A stretch of 64,000 nt of DNA from an uncultured bacterium (GTDB taxonomy: Bacteria; Zixibacteria; MSB-5A5; CAIYYT01): positions 672,001 to 736,000 of the forward strand of contig CAVSCK010000003.1 in assembly GCA_963726455.1 (NCBI GenBank), given 5' to 3'. Positions 1-10,248 of this stretch are shown piece by piece. Made by a program: the position numbers and the translations under genes. Numbering within the stretch: the first letter of the stretch is position 1; every line of letters begins with the position of its first letter. The notes under the pieces were generated by a model. The model was not told the DNA's origin. It ran no database searches and worked only from the letters and a program-made list of their open reading frames with translations.

Positions 1-1
1 C

Positions 2-499
2 TATGAGACCCCGCGTCCGATGCGGCGAGCGTCGATCTATCACGCCTATCAACTGGCCAGTAATGCACCGTCGGATCTCGACCTCCTTTACAGCGAAGAT
101 TTCCCGTATATGAAGTTGCTCCTGCTGTCAGAGGCGCCTGAGTATCAGCCGGCACTGCCTGATTCGGGCGCGGCCGAAAAGGTCGAGATTGTGCAGCATG
201 AAATCGCCCGTCAGCGCTATGAAGTTGAATTGGTGACGCCGGGCCTGTTGTTCGTGTCGGAGAATTACTTCCCGGGATGGAAAGTCAAAGTCGATGGCGT
301 CGAAAAGAAGCTCTTGAAGGCACACTATACGTTCCGGGCAGTGTCATTGGACAAGGGTTCGCATGATGTCGAATTCTATTGGGACTGGCCGCGCTATGAC
401 GACAGCCGCCTGGTGACTATTCTGACGGTCATCTTCTCCTGCGTTGGTTTGGCGGCCTGCATCTGGATTGAACGCAAACCGAAAGGACCTGCTGCTTGA
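2..499 (+). CDS. YfhO-family membrane protein, C-terminal part (5'-partial)
   Basis: Frame is open to the window edge; motifs 'SENYFPGWKVKVDG' and 'FRAVSLDKGSHDVEFY' plus a terminal TM helix are typical of the YfhO C-terminus. Confidence 0.75.
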   Translation, partial: YETPRPMRRASIYHAYQLASNAPSDLDLLYSEDFPYMKLLLLSEAPEYQPALPDSGAAEKVEIVQHEIARQRYEVELVTPGLLFVSENYFPGWKVKVDGVEKKLLKAHYTFRAVSLDKGSHDVEFYWDWPRYDDSRLVTILTVIFSCVGLAACIWIERKPKGPAA

Positions 500-1242
500 C
501 CGAACGTGCTCTGGTGCTGTTGCCGACATATAATGAGAAAGATAATGTTGAGAAGATCTCGCGGCAGATTCTGGCGGTTGATCCGCGACTGGAGATTCTG
601 ATTGTTGATGACAACTCTCCGGATGGCACCGGTCAAATTGCCGACCGATTGGCCGAGGAGAGCCCACGTATCAAGGTCTTGCATCGCGCCGGCAAGCAGG
701 GGCTCGGCAGGGCGTACATCGCAGGGTTCCACTACGGTATTGAACACAAGTATGACTATATCTTCGAAATGGACGCGGATTTCTCGCATCAGCCGAAGTA
801 CTTGGCGGATCATCTGGTAAATATCCAGAACTGTGACATCAGTTTGGGGTCGCGTTATATCAAGGGTGGCGGAGTTGAGAATTGGCCCAAGACCCGCTGG
901 GCGATTTCATATTATGCCAACGTCTACTCACGGGTGGTCACCGGTCTGCCGGTTCGCGACGCTACCGGCGGTTTCAAGTGCTTCCGCCGCCAGGTCTTGG
1001 AGACAATCAATCTTGACCGAGTTCGTTCGAATGGATATTCGTTCCAAATCGAGGTTAGCTTTCGCGCCTGGTTGCAGAATTTTAGAATCAAGGAAATCCC
1101 CATTATTTTCGTCGAGCGCGAAGCCGGACACTCGAAGTTCTCCCGCAAGATCATTTACGAGGCGGTCTTTATGGTGCTCTACCTCGGTTTGAAATCGATT
1201 CCTTTCCGTATGAAACGGCTTGTTGGTCTCGGTAAGAAATGA
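496..1242 (+). CDS. Polyprenol monophosphomannose synthase (DPM1-like GT2)
   Basis: PTYNE, VDDNSPDGT, MDADFSH and DATGGFKCFRR motifs; TTG start overlaps the upstream stop. Confidence 0.9.
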   Translation: MTERALVLLPTYNEKDNVEKISRQILAVDPRLEILIVDDNSPDGTGQIADRLAEESPRIKVLHRAGKQGLGRAYIAGFHYGIEHKYDYIFEMDADFSHQPKYLADHLVNIQNCDISLGSRYIKGGGVENWPKTRWAISYYANVYSRVVTGLPVRDATGGFKCFRRQVLETINLDRVRSNGYSFQIEVSFRAWLQNFRIKEIPIIFVEREAGHSKFSRKIIYEAVFMVLYLGLKSIPFRMKRLVGLGKK

Positions 1243-2090
1243 GCGAGACGCGTAGTTCAGTCTCCGTAATAATCATAAACTACAACACGCCAGAGCTAGT
1301 GACCGACCTGATTGCGTCGATTCGCAAGCACACTGCCGGGATATCCTATGACATCACGGTTGTGGACAACGGCTCCCGGCCCGAACGCAGGTTCAGGGAT
1401 GACACCTGCGATACGGCCATAAGGGTGATTCAGTCGGAGGCCAATCTTGGATTCGCGACGGCGGCGAATCTTGGGGCACGGAATGGCCACTCGACTTATC
1501 TTCTGTTTGCCAACTCGGACTGCCGGTTGACCGCCAACATTATCCCGCTCATGTCAATCTATCTGGATCGGAATCCGGACTGCGCTGCCTGTGGGCCGCA
1601 AACAGTGGATGAAAAAGGAAAAGTGCATTCCTCGATTCGTTTACTGCCCACATACAGCAATCTTCGTCATTCGCGTGCCTCGATACTGGGAGGCGGCTCG
1701 GATTACACACTAGTCGCCGATTCCACACGCAAGCCGGTGGAAGCGATGTCAGCAACATTCATGATGGTCCGGCGCAGCATTTTCGAGCAGGTCGGTGGTT
1801 TTGATGAGCGATATTTCATGTATGTGGAGGATACAGATCTCTGCAAGAGATTCCAGGATCTCGGCAAGCAAGTGGTCTATTTGGGCGATCTCAGTGTCAT
1901 TCATATCTGGGGGGCCTCAACGAGAGCGAAGCCGTGGCGAATGAGATTCGAACACCACCGGTCGATGAGGTATTACTTCCGCAAGCATTTTCCCAAAAAG
2001 CAGTTTGCCAATTTTCTATTGACGCTGCAATTGATGGCCAACTTCTTTCTACTGGCAATCAAGATAGCGCTTTCGCGGAGCGTGAGGTAG
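1239..2090 (+). CDS. Glycosyltransferase family 2 (rhamnosyltransferase-like)
   Basis: VVDNGS, NLGFA..AN.G, FANSD and GGFDERYFMYVEDTDLC motifs. Confidence 0.88.
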   Translation: MSETRSSVSVIIINYNTPELVTDLIASIRKHTAGISYDITVVDNGSRPERRFRDDTCDTAIRVIQSEANLGFATAANLGARNGHSTYLLFANSDCRLTANIIPLMSIYLDRNPDCAACGPQTVDEKGKVHSSIRLLPTYSNLRHSRASILGGGSDYTLVADSTRKPVEAMSATFMMVRRSIFEQVGGFDERYFMYVEDTDLCKRFQDLGKQVVYLGDLSVIHIWGASTRAKPWRMRFEHHRSMRYYFRKHFPKKQFANFLLTLQLMANFFLLAIKIALSRSVR

Positions 2091-2093
2091 CGA

Positions 2094-3134
2094 GTGACGA
2101 CATTGCTGATCGCAGTTGCAGGGATGGCCCTGGTGGTCTCCTATCTGACTATGCCGCTCCTAATCAAAATATCGCATCGATTTGGATTGCTGGACGAGCC
2201 GCATGGCCACAAACGCCATGAGGTACCGACACCGTTTACCGGTGGTTGGGCGGTATTCGTGTTCTTCTGGTTGGGGATTCTGGCCTGCATCAAATTCTCC
2301 CCTGAACTGCAAGGCGAGTTGAGGCATTATCTGCCAGCCTTGTTTGGCGCCCATGCTCTCATCTTTGCAGGAGGGGTGGTCGACGACCTGGTCAATCTGC
2401 GAGCGCCTTTCAAGCTGTTGATTCAGATCACTGCCGCCACCGTGCTATTTCTATCCGGCTTGAAGATTGACACGATCTACGTGCCCTTCGTCGGTTCATT
2501 CCTGCTCGGAAATCTGAGTTTTCCGGCAACAGTATTATGGGTGCTCTTAATCGTAAATGCGCTCAACATAGTGGACGGCATGGACGGTCTGGCTGCCGGT
2601 TTGTCGATAATCGGCGCTGTCGGGCTTCTATACACGGCCATCAGTCTGCACGTCCTGCCGGTAGCGGTTTTCATGGTCGTGTTGATAGCTGTGCTACTGG
2701 GATTCCTCCGTTTCAACTTTCCGAAAGCGCGGGTTTTCCTTGGAGATTCGGGGGCACAGTCGATCGGATTGATCTTTGCCGTCGCTGCCATTTACTGCCC
2801 AATCAAGAGCTACACGGTGGCGGCAATGTTCATTCCCCTCCTGGCACTGGGGGTTCCGCTGCTCGAATTGGGGATCAGTTTCCTGCGCCGGCTGATTTCC
2901 GGGAAGTCAATAGTAAGGGGCGATTCGGGTCATCTGTTCCATCTGCTGCCCCGTCGTGGCATCAGTAAACTCAAGACTGTGTTGGTGTTCTGGGGAATTG
3001 CGGCGGCGCTACAAATCTTTGTATTTACTCTTTTTCTATTTGACCGAGCTATCGTATTCTCTATATTGGTTGTGTTTATGGCAGTCGTAGCCGGGCGGTT
3101 TCTGTTTCTTCTGAGACAGGAGGAGCAAAACTAA
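2094..3134 (+). CDS. MraY/WecA/TagO-family undecaprenyl-phosphate GlcNAc-1-phosphate transferase
   Basis: Polytopic membrane protein with GVVDD, NALNIVDGMDGLA, FNFPKARVFLGDSG and HLFH motifs. Confidence 0.88.
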   Translation: MTTLLIAVAGMALVVSYLTMPLLIKISHRFGLLDEPHGHKRHEVPTPFTGGWAVFVFFWLGILACIKFSPELQGELRHYLPALFGAHALIFAGGVVDDLVNLRAPFKLLIQITAATVLFLSGLKIDTIYVPFVGSFLLGNLSFPATVLWVLLIVNALNIVDGMDGLAAGLSIIGAVGLLYTAISLHVLPVAVFMVVLIAVLLGFLRFNFPKARVFLGDSGAQSIGLIFAVAAIYCPIKSYTVAAMFIPLLALGVPLLELGISFLRRLISGKSIVRGDSGHLFHLLPRRGISKLKTVLVFWGIAAALQIFVFTLFLFDRAIVFSILVVFMAVVAGRFLFLLRQEEQN

Positions 3135-4096
3135 TGGCAGCGGGCGGGTACTTGGATTTCGAAAAGCCAATACTGGAGCTTGAGAAAAAGATCAAAGAGA
3201 TGAAGGAGTTCGCCTCCGGCGAGGAGATCGAGCTCTCTTCTGAAATTGTTTCTCTCGAGCGTAAACTACAGAAGCTTCAGGACGAGATATTCTCGAAGCT
3301 GTCGCGCTGGCAGCGAGTTCAGTTGGCGCGCCATCCAAATCGTCCCTACACGCTCGACTATATTGGCCATATCTTCACTGATTTCATTGAGTTACACGGC
3401 GATCGGTCATTTGCCGATGACAAGGCCGTTATCTGCGGTTTTGCCAAGCTGGACGGTCAGAAGGCATTTATCGTAGGCCAGCAGAAAGGCCGTGATACCA
3501 AGGCCAAGTTGATGCGGAACTTCGGTATGATGCATCCGGAGGGGTACCGTAAAGCGCTGCGCCTGATGAAGACTGCCGCCAGATTCAACACGCCGATCTT
3601 TATCTTTATCGATACTCCGGGCGCCTACCCGGGATTGCAGGCCGAAGAACGTGGACAGGCAGAGGCAATCGCACGCAATATTCGCGAGATGTCGGTGATG
3701 CCGGTTCCGATAATTATCACGATTATCGGCGAGGGTGCTTCGGGCGGCGCGCTGGGAATCGGCGTTGGTGACACTCTCCTGATGTTGGAGAATGCCTGGT
3801 ATTCGGTCATCTCGCCCGAGGGCTGCGCTGCCATTTTGTGGCGCGATCAGGCCAAGGCGCCGGACGCAGCCGAGGCGCTGAAACTGTCGGCGCCGGATCT
3901 ACTGGAGCTGAAAGTCATCGACAAGATTCTTCCCGAGCCGACCGGCGGTGCACATCGCAACCATCAATTGGCGGCACAGATCGTTAAAGGTGAGCTGGTG
4001 GCATCCTTGGAACAACTCAAGCAACTTTCAACCCCCGAGTTGCTGCAGCGACGCCTCAATAAATTCCGGTCTATTGGCATTTATGACGAAATCTGA
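3134..4096 (+). CDS. accA: Acetyl-CoA carboxylase carboxyltransferase alpha subunit
   Basis: YLDFEKPI, ARHPNRPYTLDYI, IDTPGAYPG and YSVISPEGCAAILW motifs. Confidence 0.97.
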   Translation: MAAGGYLDFEKPILELEKKIKEMKEFASGEEIELSSEIVSLERKLQKLQDEIFSKLSRWQRVQLARHPNRPYTLDYIGHIFTDFIELHGDRSFADDKAVICGFAKLDGQKAFIVGQQKGRDTKAKLMRNFGMMHPEGYRKALRLMKTAARFNTPIFIFIDTPGAYPGLQAEERGQAEAIARNIREMSVMPVPIIITIIGEGASGGALGIGVGDTLLMLENAWYSVISPEGCAAILWRDQAKAPDAAEALKLSAPDLLELKVIDKILPEPTGGAHRNHQLAAQIVKGELVASLEQLKQLSTPELLQRRLNKFRSIGIYDEI

Positions 4097-4277
4097 CAAG
4101 AGTGGGAGTAACGGAATTGATCCTGAACTCCTGCGTGTCCTGGCATGCCCCCGTTGTAAAGGGGAGTTGAACTACAATTCTCAGACTGAATCTTTAGATT
4201 GCAATGCCTGCAAATTGCGTTATCTTGTGCGATCAGGCATCCCTAACTTATTGATTGAGGATGCCGAGACCTTTTGA
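4083..4277 (+). CDS. Trm112/YcaR-family small protein
   Basis: 'IDPELLRVLACPRCKGEL...C..C...Y.VRSGIPNLL'; ATG at 4083 overlaps the end of accA. Confidence 0.85.
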   Translation: MTKSDKSGSNGIDPELLRVLACPRCKGELNYNSQTESLDCNACKLRYLVRSGIPNLLIEDAETF

Positions 4278-4303
4278 CAGGAATATTAAGGAGCGACCAT
4301 TAA

Positions 4304-4759
4304 ATGAAATTATCGAAGTTTTGCGAGGAACATCTTATCAATTTCAACCTCGCCGGCACGACCAAGAATGAAGTGATCGAAGAATTGGTGGAGCTTGCCG
4401 CCAAGTCGAAACTCGTTAAGGACAAAGCCCTGTTACTGAAAGATATTGTCACCCGCGAAAATCTTGTTACCACCGGCGTTGGCTATGGTGTGGCCTTTCC
4501 CCATGCCAAGACCAAAGCCACGCGCGGCATTGTCATAGCGTTTGGCCGCTCCGATAGAGGAGTGGATTTTAACGCCATGGACCGCAAGCCGGTTAATCTT
4601 TTCTTCCTGATAGCCGCCCCTGAGGATGCTATCGGCGCTCACCTCAAAGTAATGGCGCATTTGTCATTCCTCATGAAATCGGAGAAGAACCGCGAGAAAC
4701 TGATGACAGTCAAGAGCCCGGGGGAATTGCTGCAGATTCTCGACACCATCAATGACTGA
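4304..4759 (+). CDS. PTS EIIA component (PtsN/fructose-mannitol family)
   Basis: 'RENLVTTGVGYGVAFPHAK' with the phosphorylated His; AGGAG RBS. Confidence 0.9.
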   Translation: MKLSKFCEEHLINFNLAGTTKNEVIEELVELAAKSKLVKDKALLLKDIVTRENLVTTGVGYGVAFPHAKTKATRGIVIAFGRSDRGVDFNAMDRKPVNLFFLIAAPEDAIGAHLKVMAHLSFLMKSEKNREKLMTVKSPGELLQILDTIND

Positions 4760-4764
4760 CCCAG

Positions 4765-5562
4765 ATGAAATGGGCGACCGGCCGATTATATAAAAACAGA
4801 AAGCTATTCATGATTGTAGCGGGATTGATTATCCCGCTGCTTCTCTATGCCTTGCAGTCTGGGCAAAAGACGTTCGCCGCCCGTCCGATACAGCAGATCT
4901 TCTACGGCCCTTTCTGGTCGATCTCAAATCAGTTGACCTCGCTCCTGTACGTGTATAAAAACAATGTGGCACTGAAAGCAGAGAACGTGCGGCTTAAGTT
5001 TGAGCGGATGAGCTTCGAACAAAGTCGCGTCCAGAATGAACATTACCGCGAGATGCTGCTGTTGCTGCCGCGACCAGACTACAAGCTGATTCCTGCCGAT
5101 GTAATTGCCCACGACCAGGGAAGGCGCTGGTCGGCGGTTATGATCAGAGGAGCGGAAACGATCGATCCGTTTCTGCCGGTGGTAGACGAGGACGGACTAG
5201 TCGGAAAAGTTGCCAGCACTACCGGCTCGGTGGCAACGGTATCGCTTTTGATCGGCCCGAACTGCCGGGTAGCGGCCCGCGACCTTCAGACACGGACGCT
5301 GGGAATCGTCAAATGGAACTCCGGCCGCGGACTCTTGTTCGACGGCGTGGCTATAGAGACCGATGTCTACCCCGGGGACACGTTGATTTCCTCCGGCATG
5401 GGAGGGGTATTTCCCGAGGGCTTGACAATCGGCATCGTCGCCGAGGTTGACACTGTGGCGACGGCAGTCTTCAAGAAGATTGTGGTCGAGCCGACGGTCG
5501 ATTTCAGCTCCCTTGATAACGTAATGGTGCTTAAGCCGTTGAGTGGAAGCTTTGGCAACTAA
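4765..5562 (+). CDS. mreC: Rod shape-determining protein MreC
   Basis: N-terminal TM helix, coiled coil, GLVGKV and SSGMGGVFPEGL motifs; operon context. Confidence 0.9.
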   Translation: MKWATGRLYKNRKLFMIVAGLIIPLLLYALQSGQKTFAARPIQQIFYGPFWSISNQLTSLLYVYKNNVALKAENVRLKFERMSFEQSRVQNEHYREMLLLLPRPDYKLIPADVIAHDQGRRWSAVMIRGAETIDPFLPVVDEDGLVGKVASTTGSVATVSLLIGPNCRVAARDLQTRTLGIVKWNSGRGLLFDGVAIETDVYPGDTLISSGMGGVFPEGLTIGIVAEVDTVATAVFKKIVVEPTVDFSSLDNVMVLKPLSGSFGN

Positions 5563-6055
5563 GATCCTCAAATTCCTGCTGCTCGCCTATCTGGTGACTT
5601 TCTGCCAGACGGTACTGTCGAACGCGACATCGGTAGTCGGTATTTCGCCGAACTTCGGCACAATAATCATCCTGTTGATAGTCTTGCGAACGGAATGGAC
5701 AGTAGCGTTCCCGACCTCCTTCATGGTGGCGCTGATCATCGACGCTCTCAATCCCGACCTCTTCGGGCTGGGTACGGCGGTACGGTTCGCCATCGCGGTA
5801 GCGGTAAGTGAGATCAGGCAGCATCTCGACATTGAGCAATTACCGGCACAACTATATTTGCTGATTGGCTCGGAGATCGTGTTCCAGGTTCTCTACCAGG
5901 CGCTGGCCAATTCGTTTGATTTTGCGACGCTTTCCAGAATATACGTTGAAGTTTCCCTCCCCACTCTCGTTTATACAGCAGTTGTGGGGTTTGTTGTACT
6001 AGTCATGTCGGATATGCAATTCAAACTGGAAATCAAGAGGCGCGGCATTGGTTGA
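5543..6055 (+). CDS. mreD: Rod shape-determining protein MreD
   Basis: Hydrophobic 170-aa protein between mreC and mrdA. Confidence 0.8.
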   Translation: MEALATKILKFLLLAYLVTFCQTVLSNATSVVGISPNFGTIIILLIVLRTEWTVAFPTSFMVALIIDALNPDLFGLGTAVRFAIAVAVSEIRQHLDIEQLPAQLYLLIGSEIVFQVLYQALANSFDFATLSRIYVEVSLPTLVYTAVVGFVVLVMSDMQFKLEIKRRGIG

Positions 6056-7880
6056 TCAGGTTCCCAAAAGCTCGCGTGGCTGGATATTGACCGGTGGACT
6101 GGTCGCGGCAATCGTGCTGATTTTGGCCAAACTGGTCTTCTTGCAGGTATTCCAGTACAAATACTACTTCCAGATGTCGGAGGAAAATCGAATCCGCGTG
6201 CTCCCTCGGGCGGCGACGCGCGGCAAGATTGTCGATCGCGAGGGACGATTGCTGGCATCTGACCGTCCGGCGTACACTGTTTCGATCATTCCTTCAGAGG
6301 TTTCCAAGATCGATTATCTGGCGTCTGAACTGTCGCCGCTTCTGGAGATGGATAAACAGGCGATTGTCCGCAAGGTTGCCGACCGTCGGACTCGCAAGTA
6401 CGAGCCGGTGGCAATTCGGAAAGATTTGTCGTTCCCGGCGGTGTGCATTATCGAAGAATCCAGTGAGTTGTTTCCGGGTGTAATCTATCAACTCGACCAG
6501 ACGCGAACATATTATTTCGGCAACGCGCTCTGTCACATGATCGGCTATACCGGAGAGGTTGACGAACGTGAGTCGAAAGATCAGCAATATCGCATCGGTT
6601 CGGTCATTGGCCGCGCCGGCGTGGAGCGGCAATATGATCAGGCGCTGCGAGGCATTGATGGAATAGATTATCTCGAAGTCTCTGCAACGGGACGCATAAT
6701 TGGTCCCCTTGAGGATCGCCCAAGTAAAGATCCGATCCTCGGCGACGAATTGGGTTTAACCATCGATATGGATCTGCAAATGTGTATCGACTCCTGTTTT
6801 GGCGATACACTTGCGGGCGCCGCAGTATTTCTCGATCCCAAGACCGGCGAGATACTGGCATTGATTTCCAAGCCGGATTATGACCCGAATTTATTTGCCG
6901 GTTTCGTGTCACGCTCGGATTATCAGTCTCTGGCCGGCGACGAACGCCAGCCCCTCTTCGATCGCACTATACGAGGAACTTATCCCCCCGGGTCGACATC
7001 CAAGTTGCTCACGGCGGGAGCGGCGCTGGAAGAGGGTGTCATAACGCCCGACAGCCATTTCGGCGCCTGTCACGGCGGCTATCAGTTTGGCAACAGATAC
7101 TTTCGATGCCATCTGAAGGGCGGGCACGGCAGTCTCGACTTATATGGCGCCATCGAGCAATCGTGCGACGTTTACTTCTACCAGCTCGGGTTGAAACTGG
7201 GACTTGAGAAATGGTCCAAGTATGCGAAGGCGTGTGGATTCAATCAGATAACAGGCATCGACATACCGGCAGAGAAGTACGGATTTGTTCCGGACGAAAA
7301 GTGGTATGAAAAAACATACGGCAAGTATGGCTGGACTAAATCAGTGATGCTGAATCTTGCGATTGGACAGGGTGAATTTCTGGTGACGCCCATGGAATTG
7401 GCGCAGTTCTTTGCCGGCATGGTCAATCACGGTGTTGTAATGAAGCCGCACCTGATGCACTATCTGCGCTCGTCAAAAGGCGAAACAAATTACTACCACG
7501 CCGAAATCGCACGGGTGTTGCCTTTCTCCGAAGAGACGATGAATGTACTGATGCAGGGCTGTTTCCGAGTTGTCCAGAGTGGTACTGCTGCGAGATCGAA
7601 AATACCTGAAGTCACGATGGGTGGAAAGACAGGAACCGCACAGAATCCCCATGGAGAGGATCACGCCTGGTTCGTGGGCTATGCACCGGCGATTGATCCG
7701 CAGATTCTCGGTTGTGTAATCGTTGAGAATGCCGGCCATGGGTCAACTATTTCAGCGCCGATTGTCAAAGCCGTGTTTACGAAGTTTTTCCAGAAGAAGG
7801 GCATTATCAAGATGCCGACGCCTCCACCGATGCCGCCGTTAGTGGCCGCCGGAAACGGATATCGGGGAAATGCAAACTAG
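6048..7880 (+). CDS. mrdA: Penicillin-binding protein 2
   Basis: RG.I.DR, SxxK (GSTSK), SCDVYFY and KTGTAQ motifs. Confidence 0.95.
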   Translation: MVDQVPKSSRGWILTGGLVAAIVLILAKLVFLQVFQYKYYFQMSEENRIRVLPRAATRGKIVDREGRLLASDRPAYTVSIIPSEVSKIDYLASELSPLLEMDKQAIVRKVADRRTRKYEPVAIRKDLSFPAVCIIEESSELFPGVIYQLDQTRTYYFGNALCHMIGYTGEVDERESKDQQYRIGSVIGRAGVERQYDQALRGIDGIDYLEVSATGRIIGPLEDRPSKDPILGDELGLTIDMDLQMCIDSCFGDTLAGAAVFLDPKTGEILALISKPDYDPNLFAGFVSRSDYQSLAGDERQPLFDRTIRGTYPPGSTSKLLTAGAALEEGVITPDSHFGACHGGYQFGNRYFRCHLKGGHGSLDLYGAIEQSCDVYFYQLGLKLGLEKWSKYAKACGFNQITGIDIPAEKYGFVPDEKWYEKTYGKYGWTKSVMLNLAIGQGEFLVTPMELAQFFAGMVNHGVVMKPHLMHYLRSSKGETNYYHAEIARVLPFSEETMNVLMQGCFRVVQSGTAARSKIPEVTMGGKTGTAQNPHGEDHAWFVGYAPAIDPQILGCVIVENAGHGSTISAPIVKAVFTKFFQKKGIIKMPTPPPMPPLVAAGNGYRGNAN

Positions 7881-9102
7881 GAATCCCTTCGCTTCAGGCG
7901 GTTGGTCGATGTTTGTCGCCGGCGCGCTGCTGACGATCATCTCGATCATGCTGGTATATTCGGCAAATCATGATTCTCCTGATCCACGGCTGAGCGATGA
8001 CTGGGTCAAGCAGATTATTTGGTTCGGACTGGCGGCAATAGCGTTCTTTGTAACCACAGCCATTCCCCTGCGGATTCATGAGATATTCGCGCCGGTCTAT
8101 TACGGTGTCGCCGTCATCATGCTCCTGGGGCTGATACTTTTCGGCGCTTCCATGTTCGGCGCGCAACGTTGGTATAGTCTAGGCGCGTTCAGCATACAGC
8201 CGGCAGAAATCGGGAAGGTGGCTTTCATCTTCACCCTGGCGCGCTATCTAACATATAGCAGGCGTCCGATCACGAGCATCAAGAAGATAGCCGTGGCAAG
8301 TTCGATTTGCGCGGTGATTACGATACTGGTCTTGCGGCAGCCCGATTTGGGTTCGGCAGTGATTTTCGCCGTGGTCTTTCTGGTGATGATGTTCTGGGAA
8401 GGCATGGAAGTCAAGTACCTGCTATTGTTCATCACGCCCGTCGCCAGTATGATTGCGTCATCGAGTACAATTGCCTGGGTCGTCTTCTTTGCGCTATTGA
8501 TATTTGCGGTATTGCCGCTGGTAAGGTCGTCACTGGCGTTCACGCTGAGTTTGGTAACTATCAACTTAGCGGTGGGCGCATTAAGTTCAATTGTTTGGAA
8601 TCGGTTGCACGACTACCAGCAGATGCGAATTAAGATTTTTCTCGATCCGGGACAGGATCCGCTGGGAGCAGGATACCAGATTATCCAGTCGAAGGTTGCC
8701 ATTGGATCGGGGGGATTACTGGGCAAGGGATACCTGGCCGGCAGCCAGAACAAGCTCGACTTTCTGCCGTTGCGGCATACGGATTTCATATTCTCTGTGG
8801 CCGCTGAGGAATTCGGGATGATCGGCGCGGTGATTATAATTGCGCTGTTCGCTTACATATTTTATCGCGGAATTCGGGCGGCGATGAAGAGCCGCAACAC
8901 TTACAATGCGCTGGTGGCGATTGGAGCGACCTCGGCGCTGGCGTTTCAGATGTTTGTGAACATCGGGATGGTGCTGGGATTACTGCCGGTCGCGGGAGTG
9001 CCCCTGCCCTTCGTCAGTTATGGGGGGTCATCGCTTATAGTGAGCTGGATATTCCTGGGGCTGGTGGTGAATGCGGAGAGGAACTGGCAGGAGTATGCCT
9101 GA
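7870..9102 (+). CDS. rodA: SEDS peptidoglycan glycosyltransferase RodA
   Basis: QPDLGS, GYQIIQSKVAIGSGG, HTDFIFS..AEEFG and PFVSYGGSS motifs. Confidence 0.95.
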   Translation: MQTRNPFASGGWSMFVAGALLTIISIMLVYSANHDSPDPRLSDDWVKQIIWFGLAAIAFFVTTAIPLRIHEIFAPVYYGVAVIMLLGLILFGASMFGAQRWYSLGAFSIQPAEIGKVAFIFTLARYLTYSRRPITSIKKIAVASSICAVITILVLRQPDLGSAVIFAVVFLVMMFWEGMEVKYLLLFITPVASMIASSSTIAWVVFFALLIFAVLPLVRSSLAFTLSLVTINLAVGALSSIVWNRLHDYQQMRIKIFLDPGQDPLGAGYQIIQSKVAIGSGGLLGKGYLAGSQNKLDFLPLRHTDFIFSVAAEEFGMIGAVIIIALFAYIFYRGIRAAMKSRNTYNALVAIGATSALAFQMFVNIGMVLGLLPVAGVPLPFVSYGGSSLIVSWIFLGLVVNAERNWQEYA

Positions 9103-9158
9103 TGGTGAATGATTTTGGGCCAACATGCCCGTGACAGAATGATATCGCTGAGGGAATC

Positions 9159-10118
9159 ATGACCAAGAACTTTGCAATGACCGGCGTGGCGGGATACATC
9201 GCGCCGAGACACCTGAAAGCTATCAAAGAAACCGGCAACCGGCTGCTGGCGGCCTGCGATCCGCATGATTCAGTAGGATTGCTGGACAGTTATTTCGAGG
9301 ACTGCAAATTCTTTACCGAATTCGAAAGGTTCGACCGGCACGTCGAGAAGATTCGCCGATTAGGTGATGAGCAGCGGGTGCATTACGTCACCGTCTGTTC
9401 ACCGAATTATCTTCACGACGCACACGTACGCTTTGCGCTGCGGATCGGCGCGGATGCCATCTGCGAAAAACCGGTGGTGCTGAATCCGTGGAATATCGAT
9501 GCATTGCAGGAGTTGGAGCAGGAGTCAGGCCGGCGCGTCTTTACGATTCTGCAACTGCGTGTGCATCCGTCTTTGGTGGCATTGCACGAAAAGCTGCAGA
9601 AAGAACGCGCAAACCACAAGCATGAGATCAACCTGACTTATATCACTTCGCGCGGCGCCTGGTATCTGGCATCCTGGAAAGGACAGCCGGAGCGTTCCGG
9701 CGGATTGCCGACCAACATCGGGATTCACTTTTTCGACCTGCTGATCTGGTTGTTCGGCTCCGTTCAGAATAGCCAGGTGCACCACGCTTCCGCCAAACGC
9801 GCTTGCGGATACCTCGAACTGGCGAACGCGAATGTGAAGTGGTTTTTGTCCATCGATCAGGATGATTTGCCTGAGGGTATCAAACTGAAGAAACAGCGGA
9901 CGTATCGTTCGATCACTATCGACGGACAGGAAATCGAGTTTTCCGAAGGGTTCACCGACTTACACACAGTCGTGTATCGCGAAACTTTGGCCGGACGTGG
10001 TTTCGGGCTGGATGACGCCAGGGCGTCGGTGATACTGGCGCACGACATTCGCGAATCGAAACCGACCGGCGTAGGGGTGCATTCGCATCCGTTGGCGTTA
10101 CAACTGAAATTGACTTAG
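9159..10118 (+). CDS. WbpB/WlbA-type Gfo/Idh/MocA oxidoreductase (UDP-GlcNAcA 3-dehydrogenase-like)
   Basis: GYIAPRHLKAI, SPNYLHDAH, CEKPVVLNPWN, TNIGIHFFD and EFSEGFTDLH motifs. Confidence 0.88.
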   Translation: MTKNFAMTGVAGYIAPRHLKAIKETGNRLLAACDPHDSVGLLDSYFEDCKFFTEFERFDRHVEKIRRLGDEQRVHYVTVCSPNYLHDAHVRFALRIGADAICEKPVVLNPWNIDALQELEQESGRRVFTILQLRVHPSLVALHEKLQKERANHKHEINLTYITSRGAWYLASWKGQPERSGGLPTNIGIHFFDLLIWLFGSVQNSQVHHASAKRACGYLELANANVKWFLSIDQDDLPEGIKLKKQRTYRSITIDGQEIEFSEGFTDLHTVVYRETLAGRGFGLDDARASVILAHDIRESKPTGVGVHSHPLALQLKLT

Positions 10119-10248
10119 GGTAACTGACGAATAGAATCTGACCTGCAGATCACACGAGGAAATTCTGTGATAGAGCACGGGTGCGAGTCTTTTTGCCTTC
10201 GGATCGTTGTAAGCCCCTGCCTCGCTGTTGGATATCACTAAATAACGA

